In this document: one piece after another, positions 28,412 through 38,188 of the stretch
Numbering within the stretch: the stretch's first letter is position 1
Layout: each line of letters begins with the position of its first letter
Sequence record: MZ561532
Length of the DNA: 64,000 nucleotides
From: Shigella phage PSD9
Direction: 5' to 3' (one strand)
Position numbers and translations under genes: made by a program
The notes under the pieces: generated by a model
The model's input: the letters and a program-made list of their open reading frames with translations, nothing else
The model's database searches: none
What the model was told of the DNA's origin: nothing

Positions 28412-28916
28412 TCTTATCAGACCCTGGTGCTTTAGTTAAAGAGGTTTCATACTGAGTCATTTTGTCGTAGATATCTTGGATAAAGGTTTCATCTGCAATA
28501 CCTACCATGTCGTCATCATTACTGTCATAGACATTATGGACGAAGTAGCTATATTTCTTTGCCATTTCTTTACGTTCTTTTTTGATACGCTGAACGAAGG
28601 CATTAAAACAAGCCATAGTGATATATGCATGTGGGTTGTCGTATTTTGTTTCGTCGAAGTTGTGAAGACCTTTAATCGAAGCTTCGATTCCATCAGCAAT
28701 CATTTCTTGCTTCCAAGATTGGGTATATCCTGAGAAGTTGAAACGTTTACTTAGTCCTTCAGCAATGAGCATAATAGCCAAGCCGATAACGTCGTTCTGG
28801 CGAACTATTTTATTAGGATCGGTATTTTCTCTGAGTTCTGTTTTCCATTGGGTGATAGCTTTCAGAAGCTCCTTATTATTTACATAGTTATTTTTAGTCA
28901 GTTTAATTTCGGTCAT
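28359..28916 (-). CDS. 55: late-transcription sigma factor gp55
   Basis: colinear with T4 gp55 (NYVNNKELL ... [55 protein letters not shown] ...). Confidence 0.95.
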   Translation of the reverse strand: MTEIKLTKNNYVNNKELLKAITQWKTELRENTDPNKIVRQNDVIGLAIMLIAEGLSKRFNFSGYTQSWKQEMIADGIEASIKGLHNFDETKYDNPHAYITMACFNAFVQRIKKERKEMAKKYSYFVHNVYDSNDDDMVGIADETFIQDIYDKMTQYETSLTKAPGSDKSAEPKVGELDFLYGTSD

Positions 28917-28982
28917 TGTTACCTCAGATAACTCAAATCATAGGTCTATTATATCATAGTATTTGAAGACCCTTTTAAAGCA

Positions 28983-29246
28983 TCAACGGAGTAAGCAATA
29001 AGCCTGAAATACGGTTTCAAGGATTTGTGTGAACTCGGAATAAGAAATTGTATCAGTACATCCATGTTCAGACATATATCCACAAAATTCTTTAAAAAGA
29101 CCTGGATATTCGCGATGGTTGTATTTGGAAATATGAGACTTCCATACTAAAGAAGTCTCACCACAAACAAACTCAACATCCATACAGTTATCTATTAAGA
29201 AAAATCCGAGACCTTCGTAGGCGAGGGTGGTGGATATGGGTTTCAT
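28983..29246 (-). CDS. hypothetical protein (87 aa)
   Basis: minus-strand ORF. Confidence 0.4.
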   Translation of the reverse strand: MKPISTTLAYEGLGFFLIDNCMDVEFVCGETSLVWKSHISKYNHREYPGLFKEFCGYMSEHGCTDTISYSEFTQILETVFQAYCLLR

Positions 29247-29509
29247 TGTAGGAATCGAGCTCCTTCCAATGCGTCATCTAGGTTATCGAACTCGTCGACG
29301 TAATCAACACCGCCAACCTCATCTTTTGCATACAGCCAATACTGTTTAAACTCGTATTCAATAATAAAGTGGTCGCCTTCAATTTGAAGAACCCCATCAC
29401 CATTAAATTGAACTGCATAACCTGTAAAGCGGACATCATTCAAGAGTTCTTCTTTCATAGCAATCATTTCCAAGTTTTTATCGTAATTAGAGAGTTTTAT
29501 TTTAATCAT
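29243..29509 (-). CDS. hypothetical protein (88 aa)
   Basis: minus-strand ORF with ATGA overlap. Confidence 0.4.
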   Translation of the reverse strand: MIKIKLSNYDKNLEMIAMKEELLNDVRFTGYAVQFNGDGVLQIEGDHFIIEYEFKQYWLYAKDEVGGVDYVDEFDNLDDALEGARFLQ

Positions 29510-29835
29510 TTCGCTGCCTTAACAATTTTCAGGTCAACGAATTTTTTCTTACGTTGGTTTTTCATACGACGGATAGTTTTATCAGAGATTTCACCAGGGG
29601 CCCAAGCTTTAGATTCTACACCAAAGGCAGCGACATCGAATTCATCGAGGATATATTGAACCAGAATTTCACGAATACCGTTCTTACCAATTTTCTGGTC
29701 TTTAGAGTGCATGATAGGTAACAGTTCAGCAACCCATTGGTCAAGAACCTGAGGAGTTACAAAACCTGTTTTCATCAGTTCGTTTACTTTATCGAAAGCG
29801 AAAGAGTTCAGTACGTTTTTAATAGCTTGTGACAT
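29506..29835 (-). CDS. hypothetical protein (about 109 aa)
   Basis: start adjusted to MSQAIKN after GAGGAAA RBS; early-promoter-like block upstream (29851-29895). Confidence 0.4.
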   Translation of the reverse strand: MSQAIKNVLNSFAFDKVNELMKTGFVTPQVLDQWVAELLPIMHSKDQKIGKNGIREILVQYILDEFDVAAFGVESKAWAPGEISDKTIRRMKNQRKKKFVDLKIVKAAK

Positions 29836-29903
29836 AATAATTTCCTCAGTTTTAAAGTTATAATCCGTAGGACCATTATACTCTGGTCCCAAGAGTTTGT
29901 AAA

Positions 29904-30104
29904 CTATTTTTGACTCATTGCACCTTTCCAGCCTTCGTACATAGATGCAGCTGAAATTAATAAAGCGCCTGAACAACTTGAATATTTGTGGTTCCAAAAC
30001 CAGTTCAGAAAAACTTCGTCATCAATACCTTGGGCTATCATATTTTCAAAGAACTGACGACGAGCTTCAGCAATTCGCTGTGATAATTTAGATTCAGGAT
30101 TCAT
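29904..30104 (-). CDS. hypothetical protein (66 aa)
   Basis: minus-strand ORF. Confidence 0.35.
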   Translation of the reverse strand: MNPESKLSQRIAEARRQFFENMIAQGIDDEVFLNWFWNHKYSSCSGALLISAASMYEGWKGAMSQK

Positions 30105-30243
30105 TTAAATTTTCCAGTTTCCGTGTTTATCAATGAATTTAATCCAGTCATTTACTGACCACGTGGTTGTATCGCCCTTTGGACTAACATTTAAAGTGTA
30201 TAGTCCTTGCTTAAAAAGCATTCGTTTGATATTCATATTTTCC

Positions 30244-30537
30244 TCAGCTATAACGATAACATTCGTTTGATTTACGTTTTGCAACTCGATGAGAAGTATT
30301 GTAATCAGGTTCATCGTCATTGTAAACATCTTTTTTCAGCTTTCTCACTTCTTTACGAAGCTGGCGGTTCATTTCGTTCTTAACTTCAGAATCAACACCG
30401 CGCATACGTTTCCACTTGTCGGAACGGAAGATATTTTCTTCAACCAGTTCCTGACTTACTCCGTCCGGTGCTTTACGACGTCCGGAATAATAAAAATCTT
30501 TTACAGACAATTCTTTACGACGAATAGTTTTACCCAT
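30244..30537 (-). CDS. hypothetical basic protein (97 aa)
   Basis: Lys/Arg-rich ORF. Confidence 0.4.
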   Translation of the reverse strand: MGKTIRRKELSVKDFYYSGRRKAPDGVSQELVEENIFRSDKWKRMRGVDSEVKNEMNRQLRKEVRKLKKDVYNDDEPDYNTSHRVAKRKSNECYRYS

Positions 30538-30539
30538 AG

Positions 30540-30794
30540 TTACCTCAGCAGTTTGTATCCAATAAGATTTTTAATGTATTGGACATCTTTGACATCCAAA
30601 TCTAACTTAATATCTTTCAGACGGTCGCACAGGGTCAAAAAGGTTACATGTTTCCAATTCTTCACTGGGCAACAATAAGTCTTAGGACCATTTGCAATTT
30701 CAATATTCTTATCAGTGACGGTGAGAAAAATCAGGCGCTCATCATCCAGATTAAGGGTAACGATATTTTTCATTGAATGTAATTTCAGACTCAT
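30540..30794 (-). CDS. hypothetical protein (84 aa)
   Basis: minus-strand ORF. Confidence 0.4.
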   Translation of the reverse strand: MSLKLHSMKNIVTLNLDDERLIFLTVTDKNIEIANGPKTYCCPVKNWKHVTFLTLCDRLKDIKLDLDVKDVQYIKNLIGYKLLR

Positions 30795-30973
30795 GATTTA
30801 ATTTCCTTAGCTACTGAACAAAATAAAGAACGGTCGCACACCATCAATGGAGCATCAGGGTGAGTCAAAGGTTGATACCATACATCGAGATTTGTTACCT
30901 TTGTTACTTGAACAGGGTAGCCATTTACTGAATAATACTGGTCGGCTTTAATTTCTTTATCTTGGATAGTCAT
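30791..30973 (-). CDS. hypothetical protein (60 aa)
   Basis: minus-strand ORF downstream of an early-promoter-like block. Confidence 0.35.
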   Translation of the reverse strand: MTIQDKEIKADQYYSVNGYPVQVTKVTNLDVWYQPLTHPDAPLMVCDRSLFCSVAKEIKS

Positions 30974-30980
30974 AATGTTC

Positions 30981-31025
30981 TCCTCATGTGTTGATAGGAT
31001 AGACTATAACACGTGAGGAGAGGAA
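30981..31025 (-). promoter_or_regulatory. early-promoter-like cassette (degenerate)
   Basis: gttgataggatagactataaca ... gtaaatac. Confidence 0.35.
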
Positions 31026-31032
31026 GTAAATA

Positions 31033-31350
31033 CTAATCTTCAATTAAATCTTGGTCATAACCAAGTTCAATCAAAAGCGATTTGAAGGCAGGAATATTTT
31101 CTATTTTCTTATTATCGACAAATATGACAGGATAGCGTATCGCTAAGCTCTTGAAGCCTGCACGTTTGGCCAATGATACTATAAGAGGCTTGTCGTATAC
31201 TGCGCCTGACGGCGTCTGGTTAATCACAGGATAGAAAGTATGTGGGATAGAAAGGGAATTTAGGAGCGATAGAACAGCAATGCACCCTGGACAGCGCATG
31301 ACTGTCTCAGGGATACCGTAAATCTCAATTTTAGTTAACTTTTGGTCCAC
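31033..31350 (-). CDS. thioredoxin-fold protein, glutaredoxin-like
   Basis: CPGC redox motif near N-terminus (VMRCPGCIAV); size 105 aa. Confidence 0.4.
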   Translation of the reverse strand: MDQKLTKIEIYGIPETVMRCPGCIAVLSLLNSLSIPHTFYPVINQTPSGAVYDKPLIVSLAKRAGFKSLAIRYPVIFVDNKKIENIPAFKSLLIELGYDQDLIED

Positions 31351-31627
31351 AGGAAATAACTCCTTGGTAGTCCCAAGTTTTTAGAACTTCGTCTTCATTA
31401 GTTCCGTATGGGACGTAAATCTGGATAAGGAACCCGGTATCATCAAAAGAGAAATAGACAGTAGGTTTAATACCATGAATCTCTGACAGAGCATAGATGT
31501 CCTTGAGGTCGTCTTCCTTACCTTTAAAGAATTCAGGGTTCAGGTCACAGTCATGGAAGTACCAATCATCACCAAACTTGTCCCAAGCGGTCCAATTCAA
31601 AGCTACATATTCTTCAAAACGTTTCAT
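31331..31627 (-). CDS. hypothetical protein (98 aa)
   Basis: minus-strand ORF. Confidence 0.4.
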   Translation of the reverse strand: MKRFEEYVALNWTAWDKFGDDWYFHDCDLNPEFFKGKEDDLKDIYALSEIHGIKPTVYFSFDDTGFLIQIYVPYGTNEDEVLKTWDYQGVISCGPKVN

Positions 31628-31851
31628 TCTTTCACCTTCATCATTTTTGCAATAACACTATGAACAGCCTGGATTCGTTTGTCGAACTCGGACCCTTCAA
31701 GACCTTTTTCAGTACTCAGAGCACCAATAATCATGAACAGCAATCCAAACGGAATAGCCAGGATTAAAAGGCATACGATAAACAGAACCAATGTTATATT
31801 AGCCAGGATATCAGAAACAGCATTACGAAATTTATTCATTAAAGAACCCAC
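31624..31851 (-). CDS. hypothetical membrane protein (75 aa)
   Basis: two hydrophobic helices. Confidence 0.4.
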   Translation of the reverse strand: MGSLMNKFRNAVSDILANITLVLFIVCLLILAIPFGLLFMIIGALSTEKGLEGSEFDKRIQAVHSVIAKMMKVKE

Positions 31852-31980
31852 ATGTTAGTTACAACAAATAACCATTGAGCAGGATACTCAACACCCATGC
31901 GCCGGATAATATCATTCATAGATTCGGTTAAAGCATAAAATGTGTAGCCATAAAAATTAATCATTTAAGCGATTTCCTCA

Positions 31981-33054
31981 TTAAGATTTCAAATAAGTTA
32001 TATAACTTTCCAACCATTCAATCATTTCTGATTTTTCGGCAGTAGTCATAGGATTAACTATATCTTTAAAACTGTTAAGCATTACTTGAGACGTAACTTT
32101 TGTCTTTTCGGTTTTTACCAATTCGATAGAGCCAAGTTTTTTAATATGGTCTTCTTTGCTTTCGACTACTAATTTAACAGCTCTTCCATCTTTAATAGCT
32201 TTGTTAGCCTGACCGCGAGTCATACCGTAAAATTCTTCTAACTCGGAATTGGATAAAAATTTTGTTCCTGAAGAAACGTCCTGAAATTTATAACGCTGAC
32301 GAGCAATATCTGGTGGAAGGCCCCATCGGTCTTTAATTAGGTCGAGGGTTCCTTGAAGAAGCCTTGTTAAATGGTTGCTACTTAAATCATTATTACGAGC
32401 GAATTCGTTTTGATTTATTACTTCCACCGGCTTGTTTTCTTCATAGTCCCATATAGTAAATTTAGAGCAATTATAGGTAACAGAATGTTTTTCCATTTTA
32501 GAACGACCAAATTGCCATCCAGATTTAATATACTCACTAACTTCATCAGGTTTAACGTACTTGGTTTTCTGGCCAATTTTATACATCATAGGCCAAGAAA
32601 CATGCTCATTCCCTTTATCAAATTCCATCCATCTTGCAATATCATCCTCTGTTAAATCGTCAAAGCAGTTAGGGTTGAAATGCCCGCCAATTTGTTTATT
32701 GAGCCACATAGGGTCTCGTAAAACATCATTGGCTAATTGCATTTCCATTTCTGCCATAAGAGTTTTACCCCAAGTAGGGTACCATCCTACAATAAGATAT
32801 TCTTTTGGACTTATACCCTTTTCTATCATTGCGTTCAATTCATTGGATGATGAGGTATAGGTTTTCCAATCAGATTCCTCAAACCCTTTTTTAGGACCAC
32901 GTTTAAATGTGCAAGGTGCAGCTTTGATTCGTTTCCAAATCTTTTTAGCACCGACATATTTTTTGCCATCTTCAAAAGTGATTACATACACAAATCCAAT
33001 ATAATTTTTAATATCAACTTCTTCAAATACCGCCCAATGCCCGAAATCTTGCAT
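31981..33054 (-). CDS. putative GIY-YIG homing endonuclease (Seg-like)
   Basis: N-terminal GFVYVITFEDGKKYVGAKK GIY-YIG-like block; 357 aa; lies where T4 carries nrdD/nrdG. Confidence 0.45.
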   Translation of the reverse strand: MQDFGHWAVFEEVDIKNYIGFVYVITFEDGKKYVGAKKIWKRIKAAPCTFKRGPKKGFEESDWKTYTSSSNELNAMIEKGISPKEYLIVGWYPTWGKTLMAEMEMQLANDVLRDPMWLNKQIGGHFNPNCFDDLTEDDIARWMEFDKGNEHVSWPMMYKIGQKTKYVKPDEVSEYIKSGWQFGRSKMEKHSVTYNCSKFTIWDYEENKPVEVINQNEFARNNDLSSNHLTRLLQGTLDLIKDRWGLPPDIARQRYKFQDVSSGTKFLSNSELEEFYGMTRGQANKAIKDGRAVKLVVESKEDHIKKLGSIELVKTEKTKVTSQVMLNSFKDIVNPMTTAEKSEMIEWLESYITYLKS

Positions 33055-33091
33055 GACCTATACCCTTACCATTATTAGATAAGGGTATTTA

Positions 33092-33277
33092 TTATTTTTC
33101 AAATGTACTATAAAACGAGCGATGCAAACGTTTAAATTGGCGAATCATCTTTTTAGTAGGACGGGTGTATAATCCTACACAGGTGGCCATAAACTGGTCA
33201 GTTGGACTTCCTTTAATAAGAAGTTTCCAGACCTTGGCACCGTTTAACTTTTCGGTATAGACTAATACAGTTTTCAT
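33092..33277 (-). CDS. hypothetical protein (61 aa)
   Basis: minus-strand ORF. Confidence 0.35.
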   Translation of the reverse strand: MKTVLVYTEKLNGAKVWKLLIKGSPTDQFMATCVGLYTRPTKKMIRQFKRLHRSFYSTFEK

Positions 33278-33576
33278 GCGACCTCAAATTCATTATCATC
33301 GTTAGTCCAAAAACACCAGAATGCAGATTTGGTGCCTTCATACATTTCTTTAGTGTATTCATATACCTTACCATTGAACTCAATAGCAGTCACACCAATG
33401 ATTTCAGGATTACCCCAGGGAGAAATCTCCACCTTCAAGATTTTAACTTCAGCACCTTCACAGAGCTTACCAGATTCAAAACCGCGATTTCCGTTTAATT
33501 CAGGCCAGTCAACATAATGGTCAACGGTTTCTTCAGTAATACGAACAGTTTTACCTTCAAATTCAAATAAATTCAT
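33274..33576 (-). CDS. hypothetical protein (100 aa)
   Basis: minus-strand ORF. Confidence 0.4.
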   Translation of the reverse strand: MNLFEFEGKTVRITEETVDHYVDWPELNGNRGFESGKLCEGAEVKILKVEISPWGNPEIIGVTAIEFNGKVYEYTKEMYEGTKSAFWCFWTNDDNEFEVA

Positions 33577-33791
33577 CAGAAGGCCTCATCGGAAAAGCGA
33601 AGTTGAGCTTCAAGCCAATGAATATAATCGGCGGCAGCTTTAATCAAATCGGATTCTAAGTCAGGTAAAGAACCTGAATCCGACAATTCGTAAAGCGAAT
33701 GTTCAATCAGACGGCCTTTATGACGGCCAACTTCAATTTTGGTACTCATATCCAAACTCCATATCGATGAAATCATTGTTTGAAGGTTCAT
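33576..33791 (-). CDS. hypothetical protein (71 aa)
   Basis: minus-strand ORF. Confidence 0.4.
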   Translation of the reverse strand: MNLQTMISSIWSLDMSTKIEVGRHKGRLIEHSLYELSDSGSLPDLESDLIKAAADYIHWLEAQLRFSDEAF

Positions 33792-33865
33792 TATACTCTA
33801 TTTCGGAATCGTTGTAAACCGGTTCCTCTGGCTCGGTAGTTTTCCACCGAGCGACATACCATGGC

Positions 33866-34243
33866 TTATCGGTCACACCAATAACAACTTACTTCAAAAT
33901 CAGGTTCACCGTTGTCCCAGTACCAAGGACCAACCGGATGCCAATCGCCGTGTTCATCTTCTTCAAATTCTTCGGATTCAAGCCCAACGTATTGCCATTG
34001 GACTTCGTAATCGGCGGCGCCGATTACAACAGTGTTCTCGCCATATGGATGGGCTACAGCAAAGTCTATACCTTCTGCTTTAGCCAACCAAACCATATAT
34101 TCGTATAGTTTATATTCCAGGTCATCTTCGGTACCATCACCTAGAAAAATGGTTTGTTCGTTTAATTCAATCATTTGAAGTTCCAGAATGAAGCACCAAC
34201 CAGAAATAAAGGCCAACAAATCATAGACGTCAACCACCAACAA
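33866..34243 (-). CDS. hypothetical protein (125 aa)
   Basis: minus-strand ORF, acidic. Confidence 0.4.
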   Translation of the reverse strand: MLVVDVYDLLAFISGWCFILELQMIELNEQTIFLGDGTEDDLEYKLYEYMVWLAKAEGIDFAVAHPYGENTVVIGAADYEVQWQYVGLESEEFEEDEHGDWHPVGPWYWDNGEPDFEVSCYWCDR

Positions 34244-34328
34244 AAGTCACCTGAATCATCTAATTTAGCTAGGGTCTTAGCATAACCAATACCGATGATA
34301 AGATACAAAACAACCAACAATAATTCAA

Positions 34329-34592
34329 TCATTTGAAGTATGCTCGCAGTTGGTCAAAGCCACCAATATGACTTCCATCAGGAGCAAATACCTGAGGCAT
34401 AGTCAAACCTACCTGAGATTCACGTCCAAGAGCAGTCAAGAGTTCAGCAATCTTCTCATCATCAAATACGCCTTTTTCCGGCATCACGTTAATGAATTCG
34501 TAAGGTTGTTTCTTAACATCAAGCAGACGTTTGGCATTATCACAGAAAACACAACGGTGAATATTTGAATCATAACCATAAACTTTAAACAT
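34329..34592 (-). CDS. nrdC: thioredoxin/glutaredoxin NrdC
   Basis: near-identical to T4 NrdC as I recall it (MFKVYGYDSNIH.CV.CDNAKRLL ... GGFDQLR.YFK); 87 aa. Confidence 0.9.
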   Translation of the reverse strand: MFKVYGYDSNIHRCVFCDNAKRLLDVKKQPYEFINVMPEKGVFDDEKIAELLTALGRESQVGLTMPQVFAPDGSHIGGFDQLRAYFK

Positions 34593-34593
34593 T

Positions 34594-34830
34594 TTAAATT
34601 CCTAATATTTGTTTGAATGCTTCAGAACGGTCAAGTTCTGTTCCATATTTTTCCATGTGCTCATATTTTAAATTATACACATCAGATAGTATATTATTAT
34701 ACGAGCGAGTTAAAGCAGATTTTAAAACCGAATAACTGTCTGGGAATTTACCATGCTCTTTATAATAAGCTAGGGTAAGTTCGCGGACTGCCTTATCGGC
34801 AGCCTCTACATATTCTTTACGCTTTGCCAT
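34594..34830 (-). CDS. hypothetical protein (about 78 aa)
   Basis: start adjusted to MAKRKEY to avoid a long overlap. Confidence 0.35.
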   Translation of the reverse strand: MAKRKEYVEAADKAVRELTLAYYKEHGKFPDSYSVLKSALTRSYNNILSDVYNLKYEHMEKYGTELDRSEAFKQILGI

Positions 34831-35128
34831 TTTCTTCTCGCTCAAATTTATGTTTACAATGGCGGCATTTGTAACGAAGATTACTAGTCTGCCAATGGAC
34901 CAATTGAACCTGTTCTGTGCCGCACTTAGGACAGTTAGGAACATTCTTAGAAGCTTGTTCTCGTCGTGCGACCATAGCCATTACAGCATCCCAATTAACG
35001 GCATCACCATAATCATCACAACCATGAATTTTACCAACCAATTCAACTTCAACATCCGCGGCTTTAATAAATTTCAATAAGCCGGTATTAGATGCTGAAG
35101 CAATATCTTCAGCTAAACGTTGTTTCAT
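34817..35128 (-). CDS. hypothetical zinc-finger protein (103 aa)
   Basis: CPKCG ... CRHCKHKF zinc-ribbon pattern. Confidence 0.4.
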   Translation of the reverse strand: MKQRLAEDIASASNTGLLKFIKAADVEVELVGKIHGCDDYGDAVNWDAVMAMVARREQASKNVPNCPKCGTEQVQLVHWQTSNLRYKCRHCKHKFEREENGKA

Positions 35129-36135
35129 TTCAGCAGCTCCAGAGCCTGTTCAAGACGGTCTAAACGATTGGTAGACTCTTCCAAAAGTTTTTTGGCAGCA
35201 GTATATTGTCCGGCCAGTTTTTTGTTGATAGCAAGGGCATCTTTATACGCTTTTTCTAAGGCAACGACTTCTGGTAACTTGGATTTAGTAATTGGTGTAG
35301 GGGCCATGATAGGGCTGTTCAAGTCGTTAATCAAGTCTTCTAATGTTGCAGGCTCTTTATCAGTATTCACAATTTCCTCACATTTTTCTTGGTAAATTTC
35401 AGCGTCAGTTTTTGGAACGGTACATTTGATTTCACGGACTGTTACTAAGACTTCATATCCTTTCCAGCCTAAGTGGTGTTTAACTTCTTGGGTCTCATAT
35501 TTCTCTACGGTATCCATCAGAGCTAAAGCTTGTTCGATAGTATTCAAGGTATCGTAAGCAATATCTTGATACTTTACAACTTCCACATCATCTTTAGGTT
35601 TCCTATTAGGCGACCAAATAACAGAAATAATAGCTTTTCCTTTATAACTATTTGTTTTAATCATGCAATTAGCCATAGGGTGAATAGTACGACAATCACC
35701 GGAAACTATAGTTTTAGAGGCCGCTTTGAGAATTAATGCAGAGTTAGCCTTGAATTCGCTAACCCAACGTTGCGGAAATAACCTATTAGGGTCCATACCT
35801 TTAATTTTGATATAACCTTTTATGGTATCACCAAACCATTTGTAGCTAACAACACGGTTGGAACCTGGATATTTCTCTTTACCGAACTCAGAAAGGATGT
35901 CCTTATTGACCAGTCGCGAAAGCAGTCGAGAACCTTTAAATGTTTTAATGATATCATGAATGCACAAACGGCCTGCAATCTTTTCGATTTCAGCTTTGAA
36001 ACAGCGCGATAATGCATCATCAATTTGGTCGACCCATTTATTGATATTAGAAACTATTACCTCGTATGGGGTTAACGGAGGGGTGTTGGTAGTGATATAC
36101 GTAGTAAAGGCATTAATGTATTCAGTACGAGTCAT
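35125..36135 (-). CDS. hypothetical protein with C-terminal coiled coil (about 336 aa)
   Basis: start adjusted to MTRTEY after GAGGAGAA RBS; C-terminal heptad-like [12 protein letters not shown]. Confidence 0.45.
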   Translation of the reverse strand: MTRTEYINAFTTYITTNTPPLTPYEVIVSNINKWVDQIDDALSRCFKAEIEKIAGRLCIHDIIKTFKGSRLLSRLVNKDILSEFGKEKYPGSNRVVSYKWFGDTIKGYIKIKGMDPNRLFPQRWVSEFKANSALILKAASKTIVSGDCRTIHPMANCMIKTNSYKGKAIISVIWSPNRKPKDDVEVVKYQDIAYDTLNTIEQALALMDTVEKYETQEVKHHLGWKGYEVLVTVREIKCTVPKTDAEIYQEKCEEIVNTDKEPATLEDLINDLNSPIMAPTPITKSKLPEVVALEKAYKDALAINKKLAGQYTAAKKLLEESTNRLDRLEQALELLK

Positions 36136-36193
36136 GATATTCTCCTCAGTAGATTTAAAAAGATTATACTCCATCCATCCTTGGATGTAAACA

Positions 36194-37063
36194 TTATTTT
36201 AGAGCTAATACTGCCGCGCGGAGCTTGTCACGCTGGAGTTCCATGTTCTTGATGCGAATCAATACGTCTTGAATACTCTTTTTCTCATCTTCGATCTGGC
36301 CGTTTAAACGGTGGATTGATTCCTGGAGGTGGTCCTCATGATACTTCTCGATAGGTTTCATCGTAGGGTTAGTAACCACCAAAGAATTCTCGGGTTTAAT
36401 TTTCCAATGATACGGTTTGGAATTGAATGGACTCGGTACAGCCGTGGTTTTGAATTTGTCATAGGCTGCATACTGGCCTACAGGCCCATATGATGCGGTA
36501 GAGATACGTCGTTCCATTTGTGGGTCCTTTTGTTGGGATTGATAAGGGGCATAAGACAAAAGATATTCACGAGTTAGTTTAACATTAAAATACACTGCAT
36601 CAGCCCGCTCAAAACAATCAGCATATTCATCGGTTGTAACTTTATATGATTCTACTGCCTTAATACGGGTCATTGCCTCTCTGAATAAGGTTTCGAATGC
36701 TTCACGAAGGGCCTTATTACCTTTTGAGGTAGGACGGAAACGAACTTGAATACCGTCAGGCAGAATATTAATGACTAGGTTACGAGCCGTAAAATTAATA
36801 TTCTTGATATTGACAGGAACCGTAGAAATACGTCCTGCAGTAGCCAAGAGGTCTTTGATATTAGCTCGCAGTGTTGCACCAAATAAATGAGCAGGGCAAC
36901 GGCAATAATCGTTCAAAGAACTAATATAAGTCCCTTTACGACCTACACCATAAGTATAATTACCATTACAAATATGACCGAAGTCGGCCAGCCGATCGAT
37001 AGCGATACGACGAGTCGTGTCATGGTCATAGATGGAATATTCTTTACGTGTTTTAATGTTCAT
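36194..37063 (-). CDS. hypothetical protein with C-terminal coiled coil (about 289 aa)
   Basis: N-terminus MNIKTRKEY resembles neighbour MTRTEY; C-terminus ELQRDKLRAAVLALK. Confidence 0.45.
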   Translation of the reverse strand: MNIKTRKEYSIYDHDTTRRIAIDRLADFGHICNGNYTYGVGRKGTYISSLNDYCRCPAHLFGATLRANIKDLLATAGRISTVPVNIKNINFTARNLVINILPDGIQVRFRPTSKGNKALREAFETLFREAMTRIKAVESYKVTTDEYADCFERADAVYFNVKLTREYLLSYAPYQSQQKDPQMERRISTASYGPVGQYAAYDKFKTTAVPSPFNSKPYHWKIKPENSLVVTNPTMKPIEKYHEDHLQESIHRLNGQIEDEKKSIQDVLIRIKNMELQRDKLRAAVLALK

Positions 37064-37064
37064 A

Positions 37065-37280
37065 TCAGAGTCCAAATAATTTTTCATAGAGTTTAGCGAT
37101 AGGCCACAGAATTAGCATACATAACCAGGCAAAGCAAAATACTGGCCATACAAATGTAATGAATACCGCATCATAGCTTGATTCAATTTTAACCGGGTTC
37201 CACGCGCCTGTTTTATGCGCAATCAAAGCAGTAATAAATCCTATCACAAGATAAGCAAGAATAAAACCAATAATTTCCAT
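37065..37280 (-). CDS. hypothetical membrane protein (71 aa)
   Basis: two predicted TM helices. Confidence 0.4.
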   Translation of the reverse strand: MEIIGFILAYLVIGFITALIAHKTGAWNPVKIESSYDAVFITFVWPVFCFAWLCMLILWPIAKLYEKLFGL

Positions 37281-37282
37281 AA

Positions 37283-38125
37283 TTAATCCTTAAGAAGATT
37301 TAGGATATCGATATATTTTTGACGTTCAGCCTTGGCTTTAGCATTCAGACCAGAGAGTCGGAAAATCTCATCATCTTGTTGTTGAATTGTAACATTAAGA
37401 CAAGTAAGCAAATTGCTAAAATACTCGATTTGAGCTTGGTGCTTCTCATTGCTGCGCACTGGTACAGGTTCCGGTTTAGGAGCTTCTGAATGACTCTTAA
37501 CATCATTACCTGGCTTAACAAGTTTAATACGCCAGCCTGTACTGGTATTAACATTATCGAAGGTAAGAATACCACTACGTTCGAGTTCGGACAAAGCCAA
37601 TCGAAGATGGAATTTCCAGTTGTCATATTGACAACCACTAAAAGTTGAAGTAAGATACTCGTTTTCGTTACCTGGTTGGTTGACAATATTAAAGATAATC
37701 CAATCGCCTGAACCATTAGTCTTAAATGGCATTTGCTTATCTTGACCTTTTGCAAGGCGAGCACCCAGTGCTAGTAAACGACGTTGGTTAGTACGAAGGT
37801 CTTTAACAACTTCATCAAATGACATCGCTGGAATTAAACGACCATAGAGGTCATAGCCTTTGTTATAATTTCTAAGAATAATTCTGGCGTTAGCACGAGT
37901 CAACATACCGGCCCTGTGAAGAGATTTCATGACTCGGTCTTCTAACGTAAACAAACCTTTAGTCTTGTCAAATATTTTAGTGAATTCATCTACAGAAATA
38001 CAAACTTCAAACTTTTCCCACATCATGGCCAAAACCTTTTCAACCACTTCTTTATTCAGTGGAATACGACCAAATTTAATAACTTTTTTAACTTCAGAAC
38101 GAATTTGATTAATTGCCTGTGACAT
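37283..38125 (-). CDS. hypothetical protein (280 aa)
   Basis: minus-strand ORF; coiled-coil-like C-terminus. Confidence 0.45.
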   Translation of the reverse strand: MSQAINQIRSEVKKVIKFGRIPLNKEVVEKVLAMMWEKFEVCISVDEFTKIFDKTKGLFTLEDRVMKSLHRAGMLTRANARIILRNYNKGYDLYGRLIPAMSFDEVVKDLRTNQRRLLALGARLAKGQDKQMPFKTNGSGDWIIFNIVNQPGNENEYLTSTFSGCQYDNWKFHLRLALSELERSGILTFDNVNTSTGWRIKLVKPGNDVKSHSEAPKPEPVPVRSNEKHQAQIEYFSNLLTCLNVTIQQQDDEIFRLSGLNAKAKAERQKYIDILNLLKD

Positions 38126-38188
38126 AATAATTTCCTCAGTAAGTAATTAAGAACCTAGAACCATTATACCATCCTTGGTATAAAGCGT

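Noticed and set aside
37345-37764. 139-aa alternate-frame ORF inside 37283..38125
   Set aside because: Nested; Leu/Val-rich composition typical of off-frame translation.
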